A DNA stretch of 64,000 nucleotides from Prasinococcaceae sp. CCMP 1430 (taxonomy: Eukaryota > Plantae > Prasinodermophyta). The stretch's first letter is position 1. Each line of letters begins with the position of its first letter. Position numbers and translations under genes: made by a program. The stretch spans positions 25,184-89,183 of the forward strand of contig RQSC01000869.1 in NCBI GenBank assembly GCA_013416795.1, given 5' to 3'. Of this stretch, positions 38,756 through 47,354 are shown in pieces. The notes beneath the pieces were generated by a model, which made no database searches, was not told the origin of the DNA, and saw only the letters and a list, made by a program, of their open reading frames with translations.

Positions 38756-41700
38756 TGAGGCGAACCGCCAGGCAGCGCTGCGCAGACGGGACGAGGCCCG
38801 GAGGCGCGCGTCGGCAGGGGGGTTCGGAGGTGCGGCCGGACCTTCCTCGCGGCAGCAGCAACATCAGTGGCAGCCGCAGCCGCCGCAGCCGCTGCCGCAA
38901 CAGCAGCCGGGGCTCGGGGGGCAGCAATGGGGCGCAGGCGGTGGGGGTGGCCACAACGTCGTCAGCAATGGCCCCAGCCATTACCAGAGGCCGCCGCAGC
39001 AGCAGCATAGCTCAAACGCGAACGCTGGCCCTGCGTTGCAGTGGGGAGCTCAAGGAAACAGCGGTACCACGCCGCCGCCGCAGCAGCACCAACAGCAGCA
39101 GCTGCAGCAACAGCAGTGGGGCCCGCCGCATGCACACAACACTGGGGGTGTTCAACAACAACAGCACAACGGTGGCCCGCCGCAGCGAGGCAACGGCGGC
39201 GCCCCGTCCCAGCAGTATCAGGGGCTTGGGCAGCAGCGGTACAATCATGGTCCGCAGGCCGACCATCAGGGGTCAGTGAATGCGACGACACAGCACATGC
39301 GCAATGGGGTCGAGTATGGTGGCGGGAGTACACAAGGCGAGCAGTGGAAGTGTGGCAATCAGCAGCAGCAGTGGCAGCAAGGCGCCTGCACCGGGGGACA
39401 CAATGTCGACCGGCAGCAGTACGACGCTGCGCAGGTGCAGCAGCAGCAGCAAGCGTCCTATCGCCCACAGCAGCAGCAACAGCGGCCACAGCAGCAGCAG
39501 CAAGCACAGCCGCAGCAGCAAACGCCTCAGAGTGGATTCAACAATCAATCTGCCTCGTTCCAGAGCCACGGTAGCGCCAATGGTAGCAACCTCGCCCCGA
39601 TCTTTCGAAATCAGGGTCGCGCGCAGCCGCAGCAACAAGATCAGTACCCGCACCAGCGCCAGCAGGATGCGCCGCCGCCGCAACTCGCGTCGATCTTTCG
39701 GACGTGCCAGCAGATGTCAACCAATGCGCAGACGCAGCAACAAGGCCGTCAGCCTCTGGCACCTCAGCAGGGGCCGCCGTTCGGGCAGCATGGACAGCAA
39801 GGCGGCCAGATGCAAGGCGGCATGATCGGTCCGACTGGCCCTGGCCCTAAGACCATCATCAAGGCCGAGCTCGGCATTGTCGATGCAGAGCGCTTTGGAG
39901 TTTTCTTCACGCTGAACCAGGCAGTCGTAAACGCCCTCAAGGCGCCAAGTTTGGACGGGGTTTGGAACACGACGCGGCGCGTGTGGACGTTCCCGTACGA
40001 CAGGCATGGCGCAGTTAAGGCTGCTCTAAGCAAACTTAGCGCGCCAGCGGTCGACCTCACCGATCTGAACGCACTGCCTCTGAAGGCGCTCAAGCACGCC
40101 GCAGGGAGGTGCGATGACACGCCGTTGTACGAGATGATTCCGGAGAAGCTCGAGTCGTGTCTCTTTCCCTTTCAGCGCGAAGGAGTCGAGTTCGCGCTGA
40201 GCGTGGGGGGCCGCGTGATTCTAGGCGACGAGATGGGTCTGGGCAAGACCTTGCAGGCCCTAGCGCTCATCGGGGCTTACAGTGATGACTGGCCCGCACT
40301 GGTGCTGTGCCCGTCGAGTTTGCGAGAGATGTGGCGCTCAATGGTGCTGCAGTGGCTCCCTTCGATCCTGCGAGGGCAAGACGTGAGTGTGGTGACATCT
40401 GGCAAGGATTCTCCCCTCGACGGCAAGATCTGTATCGTTCCGTACGACTACGCGTCGAAGCTTCAGGAACGGCTCCGCAGGCGCGGCTTCGGGGTTGTGG
40501 TAGCGGACGAGGCACACTACCTCAAGTCGCACAAGGCACAGCGCACGAAGGCTGCACTGCCGGTGGTTGAAAACGCTCGCCGTGCCATCCTGCTAAGTGG
40601 CACACCGGCACTCAGTCGCCCCATGGAGCTCTACACGCTGGTCAAGGGCCTGGTGCCCAAGGTGTTCACAAGCTACAACGCCTTCGGAAACCGCTACTGC
40701 ACGAACGGCCGCTTCGGCTTCACCGGAGCGGTCAACAAGGAGGAGCTCAATGTCGTGCTGAAGTGTTTGATGATCCGCCGCCTCAAGAAGGACGTGCTCA
40801 CGCAGCTGCCTGACAAGACACGCTGCCAGATCTTCATGAGCGTCACGGAGAATAAGGAGTTCAAGGCGCTGAAAGCTCGCATGGAGGAAGCAAGGAGTGC
40901 TTTGGGCTCGCTGCAGTGCGACGCGGACTTCGATGCTCTCATGTCCGCCAACTCGGAGCAGAAGCGCCTCGTGAATGAGTACTACAACGCCACCGCCGAG
41001 CTGAAGAGGGCGCCTGTTGCCCAGTACGTGCGTGAGCTCGCCGAGGGTGAAGACAAGTTCTTGGTGTTCGCCCACCACCAGTGCGTGCTCGATGCCGTTG
41101 AGCAAGCTTGTGTGAAGTCCAAGGTTGAGTATATTCGCATCGATGGCACCACCCCCGTGGGCGAGCGGCACCAGTTGTGCAACTCCTTCCAGGCAGAGGG
41201 CAGCTCCATACGTGTCGCGGTGCTCTCTATCAAGGTGCGTGCGCTGGCGCTCGATCGCGTCGTCCGATGTGGTGTGCACGCTGGCGCCAATAGCCGCGCC
41301 GTATTGCTGACCCCGTTGAATGCGATGCGCGCGCAGGCAGCGGGCGCGGGCCTTACGCTCACCGCTGCATCCACTGTAGTTTTTGCCGAGTATTCATGGG
41401 TACCTGGTGACCTCAAGCAAGCCGAGGATCGCGCGCATCGAATCGGGCAGAAGAACACCGTCAACATCGTCTACCTCCACGCTCGCAACACTGTCGACGA
41501 CCTCATGTGGCGCACGGTCCAGAACAAGCTCGAGACGGTCGGCCACGTGCTCGACGGCGCAGACAACGTCAAAAATGTCGGACTCGCCGTGGCGAACGGC
41601 CCGGGAAGAGGCCCCGCGGCACCGCGCGGCAAGGGTCAGACGGCGCTCACGGCATTCATGCGGAAGAGCGACGCCTCAGATCTCGACCACGGGTCCGATG

Positions 41701-41759
41701 CCTTCTGCAGCACGGACGAGGAGCATCGCGCGAAGCGGAGGCGCCCGTCGGGAGCGTGA
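38724..41759 (+). CDS. SMARCAL1: SMARCAL1/HARP annealing helicase (SNF2 family) with Gln-rich insertion
   Basis: N-terminal RPA-binding motif [20 protein letters not shown]; HARP-like [11 protein letters not shown]; [33 protein letters not shown] and [11 protein letters not shown]; in-frame intron 41235-41336. Confidence 0.92.
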   Translation: MGLTDEQRARIEANRQAALRRRDEARRRASAGGFGGAAGPSSRQQQHQWQPQPPQPLPQQQPGLGGQQWGAGGGGGHNVVSNGPSHYQRPPQQQHSSNANAGPALQWGAQGNSGTTPPPQQHQQQQLQQQQWGPPHAHNTGGVQQQQHNGGPPQRGNGGAPSQQYQGLGQQRYNHGPQADHQGSVNATTQHMRNGVEYGGGSTQGEQWKCGNQQQQWQQGACTGGHNVDRQQYDAAQVQQQQQASYRPQQQQQRPQQQQQAQPQQQTPQSGFNNQSASFQSHGSANGSNLAPIFRNQGRAQPQQQDQYPHQRQQDAPPPQLASIFRTCQQMSTNAQTQQQGRQPLAPQQGPPFGQHGQQGGQMQGGMIGPTGPGPKTIIKAELGIVDAERFGVFFTLNQAVVNALKAPSLDGVWNTTRRVWTFPYDRHGAVKAALSKLSAPAVDLTDLNALPLKALKHAAGRCDDTPLYEMIPEKLESCLFPFQREGVEFALSVGGRVILGDEMGLGKTLQALALIGAYSDDWPALVLCPSSLREMWRSMVLQWLPSILRGQDVSVVTSGKDSPLDGKICIVPYDYASKLQERLRRRGFGVVVADEAHYLKSHKAQRTKAALPVVENARRAILLSGTPALSRPMELYTLVKGLVPKVFTSYNAFGNRYCTNGRFGFTGAVNKEELNVVLKCLMIRRLKKDVLTQLPDKTRCQIFMSVTENKEFKALKARMEEARSALGSLQCDADFDALMSANSEQKRLVNEYYNATAELKRAPVAQYVRELAEGEDKFLVFAHHQCVLDAVEQACVKSKVEYIRIDGTTPVGERHQLCNSFQAEGSSIRVAVLSIKVRALALDRVVRCGVHAGANSRAVLLTPLNAMRAQAAGAGLTLTAASTVVFAEYSWVPGDLKQAEDRAHRIGQKNTVNIVYLHARNTVDDLMWRTVQNKLETVGHVLDGADNVKNVGLAVANGPGRGPAAPRGKGQTALTAFMRKSDASDLDHGSDAFCSTDEEHRAKRRRPSGA

Positions 41760-41910
41760 GCCAGGGGAGGACGCTCACCGCACTGTATTATACATGTTTT
41801 GATGCGCGATGCTAGCTAATTGCGTCGCCGGCGCCGGCGCCTCCGCGGCTGCGCGGCCGCGTCGCTCGGCGCCGCCCGTGCGGCGCGGCGAGCGCGCCGG
41901 GCGCGAGCCG

Positions 41911-42342
41911 TTAGTCGTACTTGCCGCACAACTTTCGGCACGACGGCTTTGTGTGCTTGAGGCAGTCCTGGTACTCGGCGGACTTGCTCGGGCCCGGGTA
42001 TTGCTTGTCGCACGCCTCCGCGAACGCTATCTGGCATGCCTCCTTGCACGCGTGCACCTTGAGCTCCTCCCTGCGCACGCATCGCGTGTGGCAGAACTTC
42101 TCGTCGCCGAACTGCGCGCATGCGTCCATGCACGTCTTGCGTGCGCCGTCTGCGCGCACAGCGACGTCCTCGGCGGTGATCTCGTCGGGGGTGGGGAGCT
42201 TGTGCTTCTTGGCGAAGGTGGTGCGCGAAAGTCGGCCCATGAAGCCCTTGGCGGGCGTCAGGCCCATCGATCTCTGCCACGATGCGACGGCGACCTCCGT
42301 CTTCTCCCCATAGAACGCGCTCGGCGCCCCATCGAAGTGCCC
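41911..42342 (-). CDS. Peptidoglycan-binding (PG_binding_1-like) + Cys-rich C-terminal domain; last exon only, 5' part in gap
   Basis: After a CAG acceptor: GHFDGAPSAFYGEKTEVAVASWQRSMGLTPAKGFMGRLSR, followed by 10 Cys in CxxxC-rich helices. Confidence 0.6.
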   Translation of the reverse strand, partial: GHFDGAPSAFYGEKTEVAVASWQRSMGLTPAKGFMGRLSRTTFAKKHKLPTPDEITAEDVAVRADGARKTCMDACAQFGDEKFCHTRCVRREELKVHACKEACQIAFAEACDKQYPGPSKSAEYQDCLKHTKPSCRKLCGKYD

Positions 42343-42406
42343 CTGCGGGACCGGGGCGCGCGGCCCGAGGGGGGGCGCCCGCGCGCGTCAGCGGCGCGCC
42401 CAGCGC

Positions 42407-42955
42407 NNNNNNNNNNNNNNNNNNNNNNNNNNNNNNNNNNNNNNNNNNNNNNNNNNNNNNNNNNNNNNNNNNNNNNNNNNNNNNNNNNNNNNNNNNNNNN
42501 NNNNNNNNNNNNNNNNNNNNNNNNNNNNNNNNNNNNNNNNNNNNNNNNNNNNNNNNNNNNNNNNNNNNNNNNNNNNNNNNNNNNNNNNNNNNNNNNNNNN
42601 NNNNNNNNNNNNNNNNNNNNNNNNNNNNNNNNNNNNNNNNNNNNNNNNNNNNNNNNNNNNNNNNNNNNNNNNNNNNNNNNNNNNNNNNNNNNNNNNNNNN
42701 NNNNNNNNNNNNNNNNNNNNNNNNNNNNNNNNNNNNNNNNNNNNNNNNNNNNNNNNNNNNNNNNNNNNNNNNNNNNNNNNNNNNNNNNNNNNNNNNNNNN
42801 NNNNNNNNNNNNNNNNNNNNNNNNNNNNNNNNNNNNNNNNNNNNNNNNNNNNNNNNNNNNNNNNNNNNNNNNNNNNNNNNNNNNNNNNNNNNNNNNNNNN
42901 NNNNNNNNNNNNNNNNNNNNNNNNNNNNNNNNNNNNNNNNNNNNNNNNNNNNNNN
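42407..42955. other. Assembly gap (N run)
   Basis: Continuous Ns. Confidence 0.99.
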
Positions 42956-43273
42956 GGGCGAACGAGCGAGCGCGGGGGAACGACGGGCCGATGCCGCAGA
43001 GGGCGCCGGCCGGCGCGCGCGCGCGCGCGGTTCTTGCTCGGGGGGAACGACCATCCGAAGGCGGGCGCGCGCCCGCGCGCCGGCCAGAGGAGCAGGGGCA
43101 GCAGCAAGGGCGCAGAAATGCTCCCTCGAAGCACCGAGGCCCCATACGTACAGTTGTACAGTAATCAAACAGCATATCATACAACATTGCAGAGGCGGGG
43201 CGCACGGCGCGCCTCGCGGCCGCAGCATGCCGCGAGGCCTCGTTCGGTCCTCTCATCTCGTCCGCCTCCTCAC

Positions 43274-45715
43274 TCACACCTGCGCCAGCGCGCGAGCGCG
43301 GCAGTCAGCCACGAGTGCGGCAGGAGGGCGATGCATGAGAGCGCCAACCCGCGACTTTGGCGCGCTCCTCACCATGTCTTCGAACATGTCGTCGCCATCG
43401 AGCTGTGCCTCCTCGACCTTGGGCTCTTCTCGCTGCGCAGCCCCTCCCTCGAGCAGCGCCGAGGCAACATTCACGGGCGCGCCACCCTCGGCTTCGAGCT
43501 TGGTGATGAGCCCTGCCTTCCGGGCGACGACCTGCTCCGTCCAGAAGCGTCGCCTCCGCCCCGCCGAGAAGCGCGCAGCGATCACGTCTTGAACGAAGGC
43601 GTTGTAAGCGCCCACGGCCGCGACGCCCGCGCTTGCGCTTGCCTCACGAACAGCCACCAGCAACTCCCCGGCACGGTCAAAGTGCTCCGAGCTCTCCTCA
43701 GTAAGCACAAGCACGACCTCCCGCCCCTTGAGGAGTGCAGCCTCGATTGTCGGCGCGTCCGCGCCGTTGATGGCGCGTCTGAAGTCGCCGGACGGATCGC
43801 GCCGCTCGATAACGATGTGTGCAGCGGCCGCCGACCTGCTAGCGGCGTTGTCGGGGGCAGCGGCCACCTCAACAGCCTTCACATCCGTAGGAGCGCCATC
43901 GGTGGGCGCTGGTGCTGCCGCCCCGTCCGTTGGCACACCGACAGCATCGGCAGGCGGGTCCGCAGCGCCGTCGGCGGGTACTTCGTCATCGCGTGCGCCG
44001 CGCGTCTTGGTCTTTTTTCGTTGCACCGGGAATGAATCGGTAAACTTGCCGAGGGCCACCTCGGCGGTCCCTGCGTCGAAGAGGTCGCGTTGACCGACGA
44101 TGCTTTGGAGCACCCACGCCGAGCCCGCATCCTTGCCCGCTGCTTCCACGGTGGCATCGCGAGCACCGCCCTCGACAACCTCGCAGAAGAGGCGGTGAAT
44201 GATCGGGTTCACCACTTTCAAAGGAGTCGGCCCGGCGTCGTCTGGTAGCATGAGCGCCGACACAAGGGCATCTGAAGCTGCCTGCTGCGAATCGGTTGGC
44301 TGTGTGCGCTTTCTCGCGATCTGCGGCGAACGTTTGAGGAAGCGGATCGAATCCACGTATGGCAGCTTGTACAGCAGCAGACAATCCGGCGTGACGCCAG
44401 GCACAAGGTCGTGTATCGCCACACACGGAACGCCGACGCAAAGCTGCGGCGTCACGGCATCCTTGCGCACGAAGCGCATCGCGACGACGCAGCCCTCGAT
44501 ATCAGCGGCGCGCACCAGCGCCGACAGTGCCGCCGCGGCGGCGTTGTCGCCCGGCGGCGCCGTCATTACCTCGGGCTGCCCGTAGGCGTGGCTTAGCGAC
44601 ACAAGGGACTTGTCAGGGAAGCCAAGAAGCTTGAGCGAGGCAGGACCACCGTCAAACTTGAGCGCCTCAGCCTGGTTGTCGTCCACGGGTACAATCTGAT
44701 GGCCGTACTTGAAGCCGTCGATCATATCCGCGCGCTCCAGGGGCTTGTACTCGTCCTCGATGGCGGCTTCCTTGATGTGGTACTCGGTGTCCTTGGTCAC
44801 AGCGCCTGTGGCGCCCTCCATGTTGGCCTTGGTGTAGTAGTCCTGCATCGATGGAAATGGCTCCTTCTTGGTGTGGTAGTAGGTGAAGACGGGAATTCGA
44901 GCGTGCGGTCCAAGCTGCAGCTCGGTGCGAGCGGTGGCGGTCGGCTTGGGAGCTGGGCGCACACGCGGCGTCTCGGCCTCACGGAGGGCTTCGTTGAGGC
45001 CGATGACGGTGGCACCCATCGACACAAGCATTTCCCGGTCGAGCGCCGCACCGCCCATCTCCTTCCCCCCCGCTAGTGCAACTACCACATCGGCGCCGCC
45101 GATGTTGGCAAGGCCGGTCATCAGGCCACCCGCGTCGGTGGCGCTCGGCGTCTTCCCCGAGCCCGCAAGAGACGCAGCCGTGTCGCCGGCGGTAAGCAAC
45201 AGGATGCGCTGAGTGGGCACGACGCGGCCGCCCCGTCCTGCAACTGTCTTCTGTCCAGGGCCCGACAGCTTGCTGAACAGCTCTTGCGTGCGCGTGTGCA
45301 CCAGGTCCAGCGCCACCACAAAGGCGTCCATCCAGCACGCGGCTGCGCAACAGTTCTGTGGCAAGAGCGCCTCCCGCACCGCAGCAGCAGTACCTAGGCG
45401 CGCCTCGGCAAGGCCCGTCGCCCCTGTATCCGCATCGCGACCGATCACCGTCACATGCTCGAATTGCCCGTCGTAGCCTTGCTCAGCGGCGTCTGAATTC
45501 ACCTTGTTGTTCGTACCCTTCGAGCCGAACACGATCACCGCCACCTCGGCCTTGTCGGCGAAGAACGCCCGCGCGCCAACGTGGCTCGCAGCGATGCGCG
45601 CCATCGCGTCGCGCGCATCCTTCGCCGTCTGCGCGGTCGCGTCCACCATGACTACTAGCAGCTCCTGAGGGAGCTGATTGATCGAGAGTGCGCGGGGCTT
45701 CTTCGCTGCCTCCAT
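43274..45715 (-). CDS. KU80: Ku80 (XRCC5) NHEJ end-binding subunit
   Basis: vWA ELLVVMVD...VAVIVFGSKGTNN; Ku core DGFKYGHQIVP, LKLLGF, LSALVRA and LPYVDSIR; Ku80 C-terminal domain. In-frame intron 43280-43372 gives the C-terminus DGDDMFEDMV*. Confidence 0.88.
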   Translation of the reverse strand: MEAAKKPRALSINQLPQELLVVMVDATAQTAKDARDAMARIAASHVGARAFFADKAEVAVIVFGSKGTNNKVNSDAAEQGYDGQFEHVTVIGRDADTGATGLAEARLGTAAAVREALLPQNCCAAACWMDAFVVALDLVHTRTQELFSKLSGPGQKTVAGRGGRVVPTQRILLLTAGDTAASLAGSGKTPSATDAGGLMTGLANIGGADVVVALAGGKEMGGAALDREMLVSMGATVIGLNEALREAETPRVRPAPKPTATARTELQLGPHARIPVFTYYHTKKEPFPSMQDYYTKANMEGATGAVTKDTEYHIKEAAIEDEYKPLERADMIDGFKYGHQIVPVDDNQAEALKFDGGPASLKLLGFPDKSLVSLSHAYGQPEVMTAPPGDNAAAAALSALVRAADIEGCVVAMRFVRKDAVTPQLCVGVPCVAIHDLVPGVTPDCLLLYKLPYVDSIRFLKRSPQIARKRTQPTDSQQAASDALVSALMLPDDAGPTPLKVVNPIIHRLFCEVVEGGARDATVEAAGKDAGSAWVLQSIVGQRDLFDAGTAEVALGKFTDSFPVQRKKTKTRGARDDEVPADGAADPPADAVGVPTDGAAAPAPTDGAPTDVKAVEVAAAPDNAASRSAAAAHIVIERRDPSGDFRRAINGADAPTIEAALLKGREVVLVLTEESSEHFDRAGELLVAVREASASAGVAAVGAYNAFVQDVIAARFSAGRRRRFWTEQVVARKAGLITKLEAEGGAPVNVASALLEGGAAQREEPKVEEAQLDGDDMFEDMVRSAPKSRVGALMHRPPAALVADCRARALAQV

Positions 45716-45989
45716 CGCCACCCGCCACGCCCAGCTGCTGCAAACACCCTGCTTTCTGCGCGCTCGGACCACACGGCCGCGTCCGCACCGGCTGGGCCGA
45801 GACTTATCGAGGCTGCCTCGGCGCGCGCGGCGCGCGCGGCGCGCGCGGCGCGCACTCTGGCGCACTCTGGCGCGTCGAGGCGATCGCTGCTCAGCCCCTC
45901 CCTGGCGCTGCCAGCGCCTCCGCCACTTTTGTGTCCGCCTCTGCGCGTTTCGTTGCGCAGGAGACCAAAATTCTGGTAAATCGCAGAGG

Positions 45990-46080
45990 TTCCTAATTGG
46001 GTCGCCGTCGCAGCCTTTTTGATTGGCAATCGCTTGCGTTTTCGCGGGAAAACGCGCTCCCGCCCTCCGCGGTTTCAAAT
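45990..46080. promoter_or_regulatory. Bidirectional promoter elements: inverted CCAAT boxes, palindromic double E2F-like site, CHR-like TTTGAA
   Basis: attgg at ~45996 and 46022; gcgttttc-gcgg-gaaaacgc at 46036-46055; ttcaaa at 46074-46079. Confidence 0.5.
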
Positions 46081-46278
46081 ACGCAGCATCGCACGAGGAG
46101 GCTCGCGCGCGCCCCAGACTGCGCGCGGTGGGCGCAGGGGCAGGGAGGCGCCCCAGGGCAGAGCAGCCGAGAGGCGGGAGCTCAGGACGCGGGAGCGGAG
46201 GCGGGATAGGACGGCGGGCTCTCGTTCCTCCTCAAGGCGGCTCTGACGGCGGCGTCCGAGGCCGAGCGCTGCACGAGT

Positions 46279-47286
46279 ATGGCGTCGAAGCAGTGCCTGT
46301 TGCGCCTCAACAAGGAGGTCACACGGCTTACGAGCACTCCTCCGGAGGGCGTCTCCGCATGGCCGGCGGGGGACGGCTCGTCGCTGCAACACCTCGAGGC
46401 GAGGCTGATTGGGCCAGAGGATACACCGTACGAAGGGGGCGTGTTTGCGCTGGATGTGTCAGTGCCGGACAGGTACCCGTTTGAGCCGCCCCGTGTGCGC
46501 TTCGTCACGCCGGTGTACCACCCGAACATCGACGCAGCCGGGCGGATATGCCTGGACACTCTCAAGTCGGGTCAAAAGGGCGCATGGCGGCCGAGCCTCA
46601 ATATCTCGACGGTGTTGCAGAGCGTAAGGCTTTTGCTCTCGGAGCCAAATGGTGATGACGGTCTCATGGCTGACGTGACTGAGCAGTTCAAGCACGACAG
46701 AGAGGGCTTCGAGCGCGAAGCCAGGAGGCGGACAAAGGAGCACGCAGTACCCAAGGCAGGCCCTGCAGATACGACATGCGCCCCTGGCAAGGTTCACGAA
46801 ATGCGCCCCGAGGGAAACGATGGCCCCCTGGAAGCAGGCGCGAGTGGAGGGAGGGCGGACATGCAAGCGGAGCACTCGGTGCCTGCGCAGAAACCATTGC
46901 GCCAGCCAGCGACCCAGCAGCAGCAGCAGCAGCCGCAGCAGCAGTCTCGGCCGCTGCCACAGTCACCTGATGCGCAGCCGCAGCACCCCAAGGAGTCGCA
47001 GGTCCAGCGGCCGAGAAATGATGGTGTTGCAGCAGCAGCGGAGACGGACGAGGAATGCGTCGCAGGCTCGTCAGATGATGAGGACGCATCTGCTGGCACT
47101 CGGGGGAGGCGCCGCCGCGGTCGGGCGCGCGCGGTCGCCGGCTCCCAGCCGCCAGCCGCATCGCACCAAGCCCGCGATGCACCCATGCTCGCGGCCTGCC
47201 CACAACCAAGCGCCGTTGCGCCATCGGGAACCGAGGCCCTGACTGCCCGTCGCAAGCGCCTGTGCCTCGGGGCGTCTCGTAGCTAG
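46279..47286 (+). CDS. UBE2T: Ubiquitin-conjugating enzyme E2 T (UBE2T/FANCT, plant UBC37-like)
   Basis: GPEDTPYEGGVF, RYPFEPP and HPNIDAAGRICLDTLK...KGAWRPSLNISTVL...EPNGDDGLM; disordered Gln-rich tail. Confidence 0.88.
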   Translation: MASKQCLLRLNKEVTRLTSTPPEGVSAWPAGDGSSLQHLEARLIGPEDTPYEGGVFALDVSVPDRYPFEPPRVRFVTPVYHPNIDAAGRICLDTLKSGQKGAWRPSLNISTVLQSVRLLLSEPNGDDGLMADVTEQFKHDREGFEREARRRTKEHAVPKAGPADTTCAPGKVHEMRPEGNDGPLEAGASGGRADMQAEHSVPAQKPLRQPATQQQQQQPQQQSRPLPQSPDAQPQHPKESQVQRPRNDGVAAAAETDEECVAGSSDDEDASAGTRGRRRRGRARAVAGSQPPAASHQARDAPMLAACPQPSAVAPSGTEALTARRKRLCLGASRS

Positions 47287-47354
47287 AGGGGAGGATGAGG
47301 CAAGAGGGCCTGTCGCTACTGCGATTGATTTATTATTGGGACGATTCTACCCGC

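Noticed and set aside
41809-43592. ORFs spanning poly-X
   Set aside because: Artefacts of the N gap.
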